A stretch of DNA of 64,000 nt from an uncultured delta proteobacterium. Lineage in GTDB: Bacteria > Myxococcota_A > Polyangia > Polyangiales > Polyangiaceae. The stretch spans positions 960,001-1,024,000 of the forward strand of contig CAVOKF010000004.1 in the NCBI GenBank assembly GCA_963696385.1. Direction: 5' to 3'. The position numbers and the translations under genes are program-made. Below are positions 33,949-44,358 of the stretch, one piece after another. Below the pieces are notes generated by a model. The model ran no database searches. It was not told where the DNA came from and saw only the letters and a list, made by a program, of their open reading frames with translations. Numbering within the stretch: the stretch's first letter is position 1; each line of letters begins with the position of its first letter.

Positions 33949-36900
33949 TCAGTATCGCGTCTGCCAAAGCACGTCGAAAATCGTGGTTCCGGCATCGCCC
34001 AGCGTGGACGCGAGAGACCACTTCGAAAGAAAGCGCCAACCCAGCGTAAGAAGCGTGTGGTCGGGATTCACGCCCGGCGGCGGTTGGCCCAGAACTACGG
34101 CAATCTGGACCGAGATGTCCCGGGCGATTTGGACCTCGACTTCGGGCTTCGGAGTTTCGGCTTGCGACGTGTCGACGTTTGCGGACACCGCACCCAACCC
34201 CAGCTGGTTGAGCATGTGATTGAGCGGCTGTGCCGCCTCTCCGCCAGCGGTAGCGATCGCGCTCGTGGTCGGATCGGCGGAAGGCGATTGCACTTGCTGT
34301 CCGGTCGCCGTTCCGAACATCAACAGTTCGACGATCTCCTGCTGAGGCAAGGTCGGCTCGGAGGTCAATGTGACCTTGCCCGTTTTCAGCGGCCCCACGA
34401 AGTTGGCGTACACGATTGTCCCGTCCGGAGCCGTCCACCCGGCCTTGACGACGACCTCGGGGTTGGAGGGGTCCGAGACCATCGTGACGGTGCCGTTCTC
34501 GACCGAAAAGTTGCGGCCCTGGACCGAGATCATGCCGCCCTTTTTGAGGTGAATCTGCCCCTCCACGTCGGTCGCCACTCCGGTCTTGACCTTCAAGCGA
34601 CCGTCGAGATCGATCTGGATGTCGGTCCCTCGTACCACTCGCACGTCGCTCAGGTCCGTCGCGATCGTCAGGGACGACGACGCGGCTTGCTTGGGCCCAT
34701 CGGACCTTTTTATCGGATCGATGGGAAGCAGGACGAACGTGGCGGGATGCCCTTGGTGCGCGCCGATGCGAACTGCACCGTCCATGGGCCCGAGAGACAG
34801 CGCATGGGTCGTGGAGCTGTCGGGAAGCACGACGCGCAACTGAGGCACGTTCACGCGAACGCTCGTCGCGCCATTTTGGCCATCCACGGCGGATTCGCTG
34901 ATTTCGAACCGTCCGTCGATCGTGCCGATTTCGGTGCCGTCCACATTGAGCGGAACCGCCGAACGGCTGGGGATCACAATCGTGCCCTTCGCGGACTGTA
35001 GGTTCGTTCCCGCCATGCGGGCCGACGCCGTCGCTTGGAAAGCGCCGGTAACCCCGGAAGCCTTAAGCTCGTCGAGCGTGATCGTTCCATCGGGAGAGAA
35101 GCGAACATTCGCCGAGATATCGTGGAATTCGCCGCCGCCCGCCACCGCTTCGAGCTTGCCTGCGCGGAGCGCGAGCGAGCCCGAGAGCGTGGCGCCACGA
35201 GTCTTCGGGTCGAGCGCGACGCGAGCCTCGCCGTCGAGGCGCCCATCGAGCTCGGCGAGCGAGGATTGGACGAAAGGCCAAAGGGCCGCGATTCGAAAAT
35301 TCTTGGACGACAGGCTCATAGCGAGGGGCTTTGAAGGATCGAGGGCGGGCGCGACATTCGCGCCCCAGTCGATCGCGCCGTGCGCCTTTGCGTCGGCGAA
35401 GCCGTCCGTTTGGTCGACGTGGATCACGGCGTCGAGCTGGCGACCGCCCGCCGCGAGCTCAATGCGTCCCGATTTGTACGGGACCGTTGCCACTTTGAGG
35501 CGGTCGATAGCGAGTGTTGCGAACGCTCGAGCGTCCTGATGCAAGTTGTCGATGGTGCAATCTCCGTCGAGTTGCCCCGATACCCCCTTGTCGTCCAGGA
35601 ACGCGATGGTTTGCAGCGGGAATTCGGAAAAATGCGCTTTCGCGGAGGCGCTCCACGGCGGTGCGGCCGCGCCTTCGATGAATGCGGCGATCGGGGCTTG
35701 CCAGTTCGTTTCGACGTCGAGTGTGTCGTGCCCACGGAAACGGCCTTTGAGCACGGCGATCGCTTCGTGGCCGTCGTAGTGGGCATGAACGTCGAAATCG
35801 ATCGGCGCCGTGCGGCTCGACAAGCGCGAGCCCTTCAAGGTGGCTGTCAAATCCAAGGTCGGTGCCAGGATGGTTCCGTGAAACGTGACGTTCGCCTGGA
35901 GCCTGCCGTCGACGATGTCTTGCTTGAGCCCATCCGGCCATGTTCCAAGGTCGCGCTCGGGGACGGCCCAACGGAGGTCGAAAGGCGTGTCGCGCAGATC
36001 GGTCGACAGACGGCCGGTTCGCACAAACGCGTCCTCGTAGGGGAAGTTCGCCGACCGGACCTCCAAATCGGCCAACGCGCCCGTCCTGTCCCGAGCCTCG
36101 GTCGACAGCTCGAGAACACCCGTGTGGCCGTCGAGACTCGCGTCGGCCTCGAAGTCGACCCCTTGGAGATGCCAGCGCGGCGCCGGCAGAACGACTACGC
36201 CGTCGATCGCGCGCTCCTTCGATGTCCGGGGCGCGAGCTGCAGATTCGTCGTCGTCATCGAAATGCCGACGTCGGGCGTCAAGGCGCCACCCGGATCGCG
36301 GGCCCCGTGCGCTTTGAAGGTGACCTCGCCATGAGCCTCGAGCGGTATGTCCTCGGACGGGACGAGCGCCGCCGCTTCGGCGAGATCGACATGGCCCTCG
36401 ATTCCGAACCACCCGGAAGCCTCTTTCCAGGACGAGCGAGTCAGAGGGCCCGCTCCTGCGAACGCGACCTTCCGGGCGTCGATGTCCACCGACCCGACCC
36501 TGACGGCTTGCGCGTGCGCCTTGCCCGTCAGCCTGCGACCTTCGAGCTCGAGATCGAGATGCGCAGCGGCATCGTTGACACTCGCAATCGCTGCCCGGCT
36601 CAACGTGAAGCTCGCGCGCCCGGTCGCGCCATCCGTTCGGGCGGTCACGTCGGCATCGAACGCCAGGGTCCCGTTGCGGAGCGTCTTCTCGACGTGCAGC
36701 AATCGACCGACCCGCGCCAAGTCGACCCCCTCGGTCGCGGCCTCGACTCGCATCCGCCGGGGGGATGTCGACCACGTCGCCGTCACGGGTTGTCCGATCC
36801 CTTCGACGCGTGCGCCTTGGACGCGAATGTCGCTCCCGTCGATGCTCACGTCCTGCGCCATCACGATGGCGCGCTCACCCGACCGCGCCAGCACGACGCG

Positions 36901-38700
36901 CGGCGTGCGAACCGACACGCCGCTCTTTAGCGATAGGTCTGCACTCGCGTCGACGTCCGGCACGTCCTGGCCGCGAACCGACGCGGTGACGTGAGGGGCG
37001 CTCGCCCGGCCCGTGGCCGTCACGTCGGCGCGGCCGAGATGCCGCCCGGCGATCGCCACTCCTTGAGTGTGGAGGACGAGGTCGATCCGCGGGCCAGACG
37101 CTGCTCCGCGGAGCCCAGCATCCAAGACTGCCGTGTCGACGCGCGTCGATCCCTCGACGATGTTGGCGGCGCGAGCGTGCACGACGCCATGGACGAGCGA
37201 CCGCCCGAGGTCGAGTCCCCCGTTTGCCCGAACGTGCACCGCACCTCGTAGGAGGTGCTTGAGCTGCGGCACCCGATCCAGATCCGGGACGTCGGAGCTC
37301 AGATCGAAGTCGAGTATGGACGACGGGCCCATGGCGGAGGCGGCTAGCGCGAGACGCGTCGGTGCAGCGGGCTCGTCGACGACCACGTCGGCGTGCGCGG
37401 CAAGCGTGTTGGGATTCGTACGCCGGGCCGTCGCCGTGATCGATACGGGCGGTGCGTCGTAGGCGCCTAGGCTTCCGCCGCGAAGGCGGACGCCGAGGTC
37501 CACGTCGAAGGTGCCGTCGGACTTCGCGGCCCCACGGGCGACCCCGTCAAGACCGAGACGCGACTTCGGCGCCAAAGCGGCAAACTCGTGGACGTCGATG
37601 TCAGCCGCCTCGAAGGACACCTGCGCGCGCTTCTCGTTCCCTAGGGACGTGCGGGCCTTCGCGGTGAGGCGAGCATTTCCCAACGCCGCGATCAGTGTTG
37701 CGTCGACGTCGGGAAGAATGCCATGCACCTCGGCGTGAATCGTGCCCGCTCGGTCGATCGGGGAAGCGGCCCATAGCGCGCGGATGCCTTCGGGATCGAT
37801 CCTCGATACGTCGACCGTGGCATCCACCTTGTCTTGTGTGAGGGTCGCGTGGATCCCATGTGGCATGCCGGCCACGAGCCCTTGCCAGTCGACCCACGCG
37901 TCCATTTTCGCCTTCGGGTCCGACGGTTCTCGAACGTGGCCGTGCAGCGTCCCGGTGACGTCGGCGTCCATGGCCAGGCGGCGAGCGGCTATCGTGGCGC
38001 GCGATACGTCCCCCTCGAGGACGTCGGGCGCGTAGGTGAGAGTCCCGGCAAAGTCGTCCATGGCGATGTCGAGCGAGGGGGCTCCCGCCATCTGCCCGTG
38101 CGCCCACGCGTGCCGCAGGGCGAGAGATCCGATGACGAGGCGCAGGCCGCGTGCGCTCGGAGCCGCCGGGGTGCTCGGGGTGCTCGGCGTTTTGGAAGCG
38201 AATGCATCGAGCAGATCGAGCTCGCCCGTGGAATCGGTATCCAAACGGACGTCGAGCTCATCGACACCGACCTGCTTCAAGTCGATCGTGAGGGGGTCCT
38301 TGGTATCGAGCCACGCCGACCGCATGGCGGCGAGGGTGGCGACCGTGACGCGAACGCCGCGCGCCACAAGCACGGGACGACCCGTCGGATCGTCGATCGT
38401 CACGTCCGTGCGCGCGAGACCCAAGACCCCGAGGGCACCCAGTCGGTCGACATGGACGCGCCCCTGGAGCAAAGGTCCGAGAACCCCATTCACCTCCGCG
38501 GCGACGACATTGCGAACACATGGCGTGTCGAGTTGGGTGATCAAACCGACCCCGGCGCTCAGGGCGAACAGGACCGCGGCGCCGACGAACGCTCCGAGCC
38601 ACCGAACAATGCGGATCGGGCTCACGCGATGCGGGTGCCGTTCGGCTGCAGGCAAAGCCCGCCCCGACTCGACACGGCGCGATACGGCCGACGTCGACAT
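33949..38700 (-). CDS. tamB: Translocation/assembly module TamB-like protein
   Basis: 1583 aa, N-terminal TM anchor, beta-rich body, DUF490-like C-terminus (LTSEPTLPQQEIVELLMFG, ...WQTRY); coupled to TamA. Confidence 0.85.
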   Translation of the reverse strand: MSTSAVSRRVESGRALPAAERHPHRVSPIRIVRWLGAFVGAAVLFALSAGVGLITQLDTPCVRNVVAAEVNGVLGPLLQGRVHVDRLGALGVLGLARTDVTIDDPTGRPVLVARGVRVTVATLAAMRSAWLDTKDPLTIDLKQVGVDELDVRLDTDSTGELDLLDAFASKTPSTPSTPAAPSARGLRLVIGSLALRHAWAHGQMAGAPSLDIAMDDFAGTLTYAPDVLEGDVSRATIAARRLAMDADVTGTLHGHVREPSDPKAKMDAWVDWQGLVAGMPHGIHATLTQDKVDATVDVSRIDPEGIRALWAASPIDRAGTIHAEVHGILPDVDATLIAALGNARLTAKARTSLGNEKRAQVSFEAADIDVHEFAALAPKSRLGLDGVARGAAKSDGTFDVDLGVRLRGGSLGAYDAPPVSITATARRTNPNTLAAHADVVVDEPAAPTRLALAASAMGPSSILDFDLSSDVPDLDRVPQLKHLLRGAVHVRANGGLDLGRSLVHGVVHARAANIVEGSTRVDTAVLDAGLRGAASGPRIDLVLHTQGVAIAGRHLGRADVTATGRASAPHVTASVRGQDVPDVDASADLSLKSGVSVRTPRVVLARSGERAIVMAQDVSIDGSDIRVQGARVEGIGQPVTATWSTSPRRMRVEAATEGVDLARVGRLLHVEKTLRNGTLAFDADVTARTDGATGRASFTLSRAAIASVNDAAAHLDLELEGRRLTGKAHAQAVRVGSVDIDARKVAFAGAGPLTRSSWKEASGWFGIEGHVDLAEAAALVPSEDIPLEAHGEVTFKAHGARDPGGALTPDVGISMTTTNLQLAPRTSKERAIDGVVVLPAPRWHLQGVDFEADASLDGHTGVLELSTEARDRTGALADLEVRSANFPYEDAFVRTGRLSTDLRDTPFDLRWAVPERDLGTWPDGLKQDIVDGRLQANVTFHGTILAPTLDLTATLKGSRLSSRTAPIDFDVHAHYDGHEAIAVLKGRFRGHDTLDVETNWQAPIAAFIEGAAAPPWSASAKAHFSEFPLQTIAFLDDKGVSGQLDGDCTIDNLHQDARAFATLAIDRLKVATVPYKSGRIELAAGGRQLDAVIHVDQTDGFADAKAHGAIDWGANVAPALDPSKPLAMSLSSKNFRIAALWPFVQSSLAELDGRLDGEARVALDPKTRGATLSGSLALRAGKLEAVAGGGEFHDISANVRFSPDGTITLDELKASGVTGAFQATASARMAGTNLQSAKGTIVIPSRSAVPLNVDGTEIGTIDGRFEISESAVDGQNGATSVRVNVPQLRVVLPDSSTTHALSLGPMDGAVRIGAHQGHPATFVLLPIDPIKRSDGPKQAASSSLTIATDLSDVRVVRGTDIQIDLDGRLKVKTGVATDVEGQIHLKKGGMISVQGRNFSVENGTVTMVSDPSNPEVVVKAGWTAPDGTIVYANFVGPLKTGKVTLTSEPTLPQQEIVELLMFGTATGQQVQSPSADPTTSAIATAGGEAAQPLNHMLNQLGLGAVSANVDTSQAETPKPEVEVQIARDISVQIAVVLGQPPPGVNPDHTLLTLGWRFLSKWSLASTLGDAGTTIFDVLWQTRY

Positions 38701-40940
38701 CAGAAGGCCTGGCCGATCCCGAAGGCCAGCGCGATCGGTTGTCCAAAAATTCTAGGTTGAATGCCGCCGGTGGGTTGCTTGTCCGGCGAATCGGCATATG
38801 CCGCTTCGGTCTCGTTTTTGAAACCGATCACTTGCAGGGGCGGAACGCGGTAGCCGATGTCGAGTCGAATCGGGCCTACCGGGGTGTCGTATGCGGCGCC
38901 CACGCCGCAGGACAGGTGAAGATGGCTGAAGCGAATGTCGTTTTCTCGAGGCGATACGTCGCTCATATCACAAAAGAGAGCGCCCGACAGCGGCCCGGAG
39001 ATGTCCAAGCGAACAGCATTTTGGAATTCCCAAAGCGTGAAGCCTCCCACGGGCAAAAAACACGATTGCGCAGAAGCCATCGAGCTCGGCGTGAAGTCCG
39101 CCGGGTTGCAATTGAATTGAACCTGCTGCGCGGCAGTGCCCGGGTTGAGAAACGGCACCACGCCGTGCGGCGAGACACCGAGAAGCGGATAGCCTCGATT
39201 CGTCGCGGGCCCACCGGAGAAAAAGCCTCGGAAGTACATCGTCTCGACGTCACGTTCCAGGTTGAGACGGGCCGGCGACGCCCCGCCCGCCGCGATCGTG
39301 GCCGACCGGTCCAGCTCTGAAGCCCACTGTTTGCCGTAGTTCGATGCCCAGAGAAAGCCCACGGAGGCTCGCGTCGCAAACGTCACGCCACGCGCGATGG
39401 GAACGTACGTTCGGACTTCCGGCTGCACCCGCACATCCGTCGCCGTTCCCCCGAAAACGCCACCCGCGGCCTGAAGTACATTGCCTAGATAAATGCCCTT
39501 GTGAGGACGGACTGCACTGTCGCGAAGGTCCAGATGGACGGTCAGCTCGGGAAAAGAAATGAACAGGGTCCGAATATCCGGATCGAGCGGGTAAAGGTAC
39601 GAGAATGGGTCCTCCACCTGAAGGGTGTAGTCGAGGGCCACGTAGAGCTTCTTCCATAGGGTCCGATCGACGCCGGCCACGAGCTTGACTTCGCGAAACC
39701 CCGGGACCGGTGAATTCGGCGGCGGATCCACCTCCACGAGCATCGGGAAGACGTTGAACTCCGGACGAATGAAGCCTGTCGTCCGCGCTTCGATGAAGCC
39801 GGGCTGTCGGAGCTCGGTCTTCAACCACTCTTCGGGAATCGGGTGAAAGGTCCCGCTCCAATTGTCCACGCGGTACGGGTAGAAGACGAGCCCGGGTTTG
39901 AACTGGACGCTGAAGTCGCGAAGTCCGCCGAGGAAGTCGTGATCTTCCCACCCGGCGACACCATGCAGGTCGGTCTTGATCTCGTCGAGCTCGAGTCCTC
40001 CACCCAGCTTGAGCTCGCGCAGACGCGTGGGTTCCACCTTGACGGTCAACGGAACGACCGCGTCGGCCGGCGGCGGATTCGAAAGCGACGGAACGATGCG
40101 GACCGCCGACAATACCTGCAGGTCCAACAGCGCTTGGGTCGCCGAGTCCACCTGGGCCGTCGAGTAGACGGCTCCCGGTTGGATATCCATGGCGCGCCGC
40201 AGAGGGGCTTCGGGAATCTCCGCCTTTCGGGGCCCGTTGCCGTCCGGATCGAGCCCCTCGATCGCAATCGCCCCGAAGACCGCAGGAGGTCCGGGAACGA
40301 CTTTGAATCCGTAATCGGCGGCGTGCGCGCCAATATCGACCTCGGCCTGGGCATCGACCTTCGCGTAGGCGTAGCCCCGATCCGTGAGCGCTCTGGTGAC
40401 GGCGGTTTTGGAGTCCTTGAACTTGGCCTCGTCGAATCGGTCGCGGTAAGCGAGCGCATCCCGTCCCGCTTGTCGAACGGCGTCCGCAATCCGCGGCGGC
40501 AGTCCGTCGAGGCCCACGATCGTGACATTTCGGTTGAGAGTCGCCGGGCCCTCGTCGACCACGATCTGCACCCGAACGTGCTTGGAATTGACTTGGAAGA
40601 CCCGCGCGACCCGCGCGTGCGCATCGAAAAAACCCTTCGATCGATAGAACCGCTCGACGCGCGCCATATCGCGTTGCAGCGTGGCCTCGTCGTACGTCGA
40701 GTAGTCGTACGCAATGCCCTGAAACAGGAATAAAAACTTCGCCGACGCTGCTGTCGCGATTTGGTCTTCGGTCTGGCTCGCTTCAATCCCTTTCGCGTCG
40801 AGAATGGAAACGGAGTCTACGGCCGAACGACCGGGCGGAATTTTGCTGCACGCCACCGTCACGAGAAGACTCATAACGGCCGATCCCCGTGCCACCGGAG
40901 CGAAGCGGGTTCGACGGATTGCTTGTAGGGGTCCAATCAT
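38700..40940 (-). CDS. tamA: TamA/BamA-family POTRA + Omp85 lipoprotein; start approximate
   Basis: VAC lipobox, YRSKGFFDA and LTDRGYAYA POTRA motifs, FFSGG..TNRGY, YDTPVGPIRLDIGYR, GIGQAF. Confidence 0.85.
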   Translation of the reverse strand: MIGPLQAIRRTRFAPVARGSAVMSLLVTVACSKIPPGRSAVDSVSILDAKGIEASQTEDQIATAASAKFLFLFQGIAYDYSTYDEATLQRDMARVERFYRSKGFFDAHARVARVFQVNSKHVRVQIVVDEGPATLNRNVTIVGLDGLPPRIADAVRQAGRDALAYRDRFDEAKFKDSKTAVTRALTDRGYAYAKVDAQAEVDIGAHAADYGFKVVPGPPAVFGAIAIEGLDPDGNGPRKAEIPEAPLRRAMDIQPGAVYSTAQVDSATQALLDLQVLSAVRIVPSLSNPPPADAVVPLTVKVEPTRLRELKLGGGLELDEIKTDLHGVAGWEDHDFLGGLRDFSVQFKPGLVFYPYRVDNWSGTFHPIPEEWLKTELRQPGFIEARTTGFIRPEFNVFPMLVEVDPPPNSPVPGFREVKLVAGVDRTLWKKLYVALDYTLQVEDPFSYLYPLDPDIRTLFISFPELTVHLDLRDSAVRPHKGIYLGNVLQAAGGVFGGTATDVRVQPEVRTYVPIARGVTFATRASVGFLWASNYGKQWASELDRSATIAAGGASPARLNLERDVETMYFRGFFSGGPATNRGYPLLGVSPHGVVPFLNPGTAAQQVQFNCNPADFTPSSMASAQSCFLPVGGFTLWEFQNAVRLDISGPLSGALFCDMSDVSPRENDIRFSHLHLSCGVGAAYDTPVGPIRLDIGYRVPPLQVIGFKNETEAAYADSPDKQPTGGIQPRIFGQPIALAFGIGQAF

Positions 40941-41358
40941 CCATCGCGGGAAGCGCGTGCAGGCGTCCATCGGAACTCGAAGTCTCGGCACTCGTTGTGG
41001 CTGAACCGAAGTTGGCAACGGAACGTGGTGGGACGCCGGCTCGGGGACGAGACGAAGCGCTCGACGCGAGACAAGCCCTCTCGGTTTCGGCGCCCCGACG
41101 TGCCACAGCCTCGAACAAGCACTCGGCGTGCCAGGCGCCGTAACGAGTGGCTGCAACGCCGTCGGTGCGACGGCTGTCGGCGTAGCCGCGGCCCACGGAG
41201 AGCACCGGACACCGTGAGCTCCACGCAGAGCACCGGATGTCCCGAGCCGAATGGCACCGACATGCGGTTTCGGTCGGACGGCATGTCCCGTGCGAGCCCG
41301 TGGCTTCGTCTGCGCCGCCAAGGGCTGAACCGACCTCGACGCCTCAACGGAAAATGCA

Positions 41359-41601
41359 ATGACCCGAAATTGGATCGTCCTCATCGGACTCGTCGTCGCT
41401 TTCGCCGCGCTCGTGACCAGTCACGTCACACTGACGATCCACCTCGCTCGTAGCAGGCCGCGATGGCGCGCCCCCGTCGCATTCTTCGTCGCCCCCCTCA
41501 CCCCATGGTGGGGCTGGCACGAACGCGCGCGCATCCGAGCCGTCGTGTGGGTCTTGGCCGCGGTCGGCTACGCGGTCACCTGGGTGTTGGCCCGTCGCTG
41601 A
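41359..41601 (+). CDS. Small membrane protein, hypothetical
   Basis: 80 aa with three hydrophobic segments. Confidence 0.55.
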   Translation: MTRNWIVLIGLVVAFAALVTSHVTLTIHLARSRPRWRAPVAFFVAPLTPWWGWHERARIRAVVWVLAAVGYAVTWVLARR

Positions 41602-41798
41602 GCTCGTGGACGATCTGGAAAACGGTGGGCGCTCTGTCGTTCTGGTTCGGGTCTTGCTCTACGATTCGGCGGGGATTCTGTCTCCGCGGCCACGCCATCG
41701 CTTTTTCACGTCCTCCAGGGCAAGGCTGTCTTTGCCATTCCCGGACCGATCAAGACGTGTCCGACAGCCCCGTCACCTGTCTCCCTCTCGAGGTCGCC

Positions 41799-42065
41799 AT
41801 GAACCGCAGCGCTCTCTTTGCGATCGTTTTTCTCGCGCCGTCTCTCGGTGTCATTGGCGCCACAGGTGCGGCGGCAATCGACAGGCCCCACGTGCGGCAG
41901 CCCGGGCAGCCCGCGCCGAACCCATGGCCCCCGCCGAATCCGGTTCCCACGCCCCCGGCGCCGACCCCTACCCCGCCGGCTCCCACCCCGACGCCTCCAC
42001 AGCCGGGGCCCGCGCCGACTCCTCCGACCCCCGGGCCCACTCCCACTCCCCCGCCGCCTCCTTAG
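41799..42065 (+). CDS. Small secreted Pro/Thr-rich protein
   Basis: gagg RBS; signal peptide, then PTPP/PAP repeats up to the stop. Confidence 0.6.
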   Translation: MNRSALFAIVFLAPSLGVIGATGAAAIDRPHVRQPGQPAPNPWPPPNPVPTPPAPTPTPPAPTPTPPQPGPAPTPPTPGPTPTPPPPP

Positions 42066-42150
42066 TACACCGCCGGACTCCTTCCGACACGCCGTCGCCG
42101 CATCGATGAAGCCGGGCCGCAGCCCGCCCCCCCGAGGGTCCGCGTCGGAG

Positions 42151-44310
42151 TCAGCCTTGCTTCGCGACGCCGGACGGGGGGGCGAGCGTGATCCTCGGAC
42201 CCTGGGCCTCGCGGGCGAACAGCTTGAGCGACCGCGCCTCCAACCGCGTCGCGGCGTGGGGACCGAGCGTCCCGGTCGCGTTGTCGTCGTTGGTGTCGAG
42301 AAGCAGTGTCCAAACGGGAGCTGCCAAGTCGGTTGCCGGCGCCGTGAAGTCGAGCGGTTCGTGTCCCGCATTGATGATCAGCAACAGGTCGTCGTCGACG
42401 ATGGGGTCACCCCATTCGTCGACCTCGTCGATGCCGAGCCCCGCCACCTGCATCTGCAGAGCGCGCGTATAGGCCGTATTCCAATCCTGGTCGGTCATCT
42501 CCTCGCCGTCGTAGCGGAACCACATGATGTCCCGGATGTCGGCGCCGTGGAGAGCGCGGCCTTTGAAGAACTTCGCGCGGTGAAGGGCGGGATGACTCAG
42601 CCGCACCTGGACGACCTTTCGCGTAAAGGCGAGGAAAGCCTTCCGTTCGTCGTCGAGTTGCCAGTCGTACCAACTCGTCTCGTTGTCTTGACAATAGGCG
42701 TTGTTGTTTCCGTTCTGCGTTCTACCGATCTCGTCTCCACCGCAGATCATCGGTGTTCCTTGTGACAAGAGCAGGGTGGCAAGCATGTTGCGCTGCTGTC
42801 GCGCCCGAAGCCTCAAGACGGGGTCGAGTTGCGTCGGCCCCTCGGCCCCGCAGTTCCACGACGCGTTGTCGTTCGATCCGTCCTTGCCTTCTTCGCCGTT
42901 GGCCTCGTTGTGCTTGTGGTCGTACGAAACGAGATCGCGCAGGGTGAAGCCGTCGTGAGAGACGAAGAAGTTGATGCTCGAATAGGGACGTCGCCCATCG
43001 TTCTCGTACAGGTCGCTGCTCCCGCTCAGTCGGTAGGCGAGCTCACCCGATAGACCGCCGTCTCCTCTCCAGAAGGCGCGCATGGCGTCTCTGTACTTTC
43101 CGTTCCATTCCGTCCACCGAATCGGAAAATTGCCGACCTGGTAGCCGCCCTCGCCGACGTCCCAGGGCTCGGCAATCAGCTTGAGCTGGCTCAACACGGG
43201 GTCTTGGTGGATGATCGTAAAAAAGCTCGAGAGCTGATCCACGTCCTGCAGGGATCGGGCGAGCGTCGACGCCAGATCGAAGCGGAACCCATCGACGTGC
43301 ATTTCGATCGCCCAGTACCGTAGCGAATCCATGATGAGCTGCAGCGTCTGCGGATGGCGAACGTTCAGGCTGTTTCCCGTCCCTGTGTAATCAAAATAAT
43401 AGCGTCGCTGGTCGTCCAACCGATAGTACGTGGGGTTGTCGATGCCCTTGAACGAAATGGTCGGCCCGCGGTGATTGCCTTCGGCCGTATGGTTGTAGAC
43501 GACGTCGAGAATCACTTCGATGCCGTTCCGATGGAGTTCTTTGACCATCTGCTTGAACTCGCGGACGCCCTCGCCCGGAATGTCGACCGTGCGGTATCGG
43601 CTCTCGGGCGCGAAGAATGCGATGCTGTTGTAGCCCCAGTAGTTGCGCAGTCCTCGATCCAGTAGCGTTTTGTCGTCGACGAATGCGTGCACGGGCAAAA
43701 GCTCGACGGCGTTGATTCCGAGCTCCTTGAGGTGTCGGATGACGGGTTGGCTCGCGACGCCCGCGAACTTGCCACGAATCCGCTCGGGGACTTCGGGGTG
43801 GCGCATCGTCAGGCCCCGAACATGGGTTTCGTAAATGATGGTCCGGTGGAACGGGATGTTCGGCCGCGCGTCGTTCTCCCAATCGAAAGACGAATCGATG
43901 ACGACTGCGCGGGGCGCTCCGAGGGCGTCTCGCTCGCCCTTGGTCAGATCCGCGTCGTCGCCGCCCGGCTCGTGGGCGAACAACCCGTCGTCCCAGCGCT
44001 CGTGTCCGTCGACCGCCTTTGCGTACGGGTCCAGCAGCAACACCCGGTCGTTGAAGCGCAGACCGTGGACCGGGTCGTAGGGGCCCTTCACCCGGTAGCC
44101 GTAGCGCGTCCCTGGACGCACGCCTGCCACGTGCGCATGCCAGACGAACGCGGTGCGTTCGCGAAGCGCCAAGCGCGTTTGGTCGCCGGAGTCGTCGAAC
44201 AGGCAAAGCTCGACCCCCGTTGCAGCCTCGGAGAAGAGGGCGAAGTTCGTGCCTTTTGCGTCCGGCGTGGCGCCCAGAGGATACGGAAGACCGGGAACCG
44301 TCTTGGGCAT
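42151..44310 (-). CDS. glgX: Glycogen debranching enzyme / isoamylase (GH13)
   Basis: [63 protein letters not shown]. Confidence 0.97.
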   Translation of the reverse strand: MPKTVPGLPYPLGATPDAKGTNFALFSEAATGVELCLFDDSGDQTRLALRERTAFVWHAHVAGVRPGTRYGYRVKGPYDPVHGLRFNDRVLLLDPYAKAVDGHERWDDGLFAHEPGGDDADLTKGERDALGAPRAVVIDSSFDWENDARPNIPFHRTIIYETHVRGLTMRHPEVPERIRGKFAGVASQPVIRHLKELGINAVELLPVHAFVDDKTLLDRGLRNYWGYNSIAFFAPESRYRTVDIPGEGVREFKQMVKELHRNGIEVILDVVYNHTAEGNHRGPTISFKGIDNPTYYRLDDQRRYYFDYTGTGNSLNVRHPQTLQLIMDSLRYWAIEMHVDGFRFDLASTLARSLQDVDQLSSFFTIIHQDPVLSQLKLIAEPWDVGEGGYQVGNFPIRWTEWNGKYRDAMRAFWRGDGGLSGELAYRLSGSSDLYENDGRRPYSSINFFVSHDGFTLRDLVSYDHKHNEANGEEGKDGSNDNASWNCGAEGPTQLDPVLRLRARQQRNMLATLLLSQGTPMICGGDEIGRTQNGNNNAYCQDNETSWYDWQLDDERKAFLAFTRKVVQVRLSHPALHRAKFFKGRALHGADIRDIMWFRYDGEEMTDQDWNTAYTRALQMQVAGLGIDEVDEWGDPIVDDDLLLIINAGHEPLDFTAPATDLAAPVWTLLLDTNDDNATGTLGPHAATRLEARSLKLFAREAQGPRITLAPPSGVAKQG

Positions 44311-44321
44311 GCGGGTAAAGA

Positions 44322-44337
44322 AGCATCGGACGTGCCG
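44322..44337 (-). promoter_or_regulatory. Sigma54 -24/-12 promoter of glgX, leaderless geometry
   Basis: CGGCACGTCCGATGCT; ATG 13 nt after the conserved C, no RBS. Confidence 0.7.
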
Positions 44338-44358
44338 GGTTGGCTTGAGTCGACCGCG

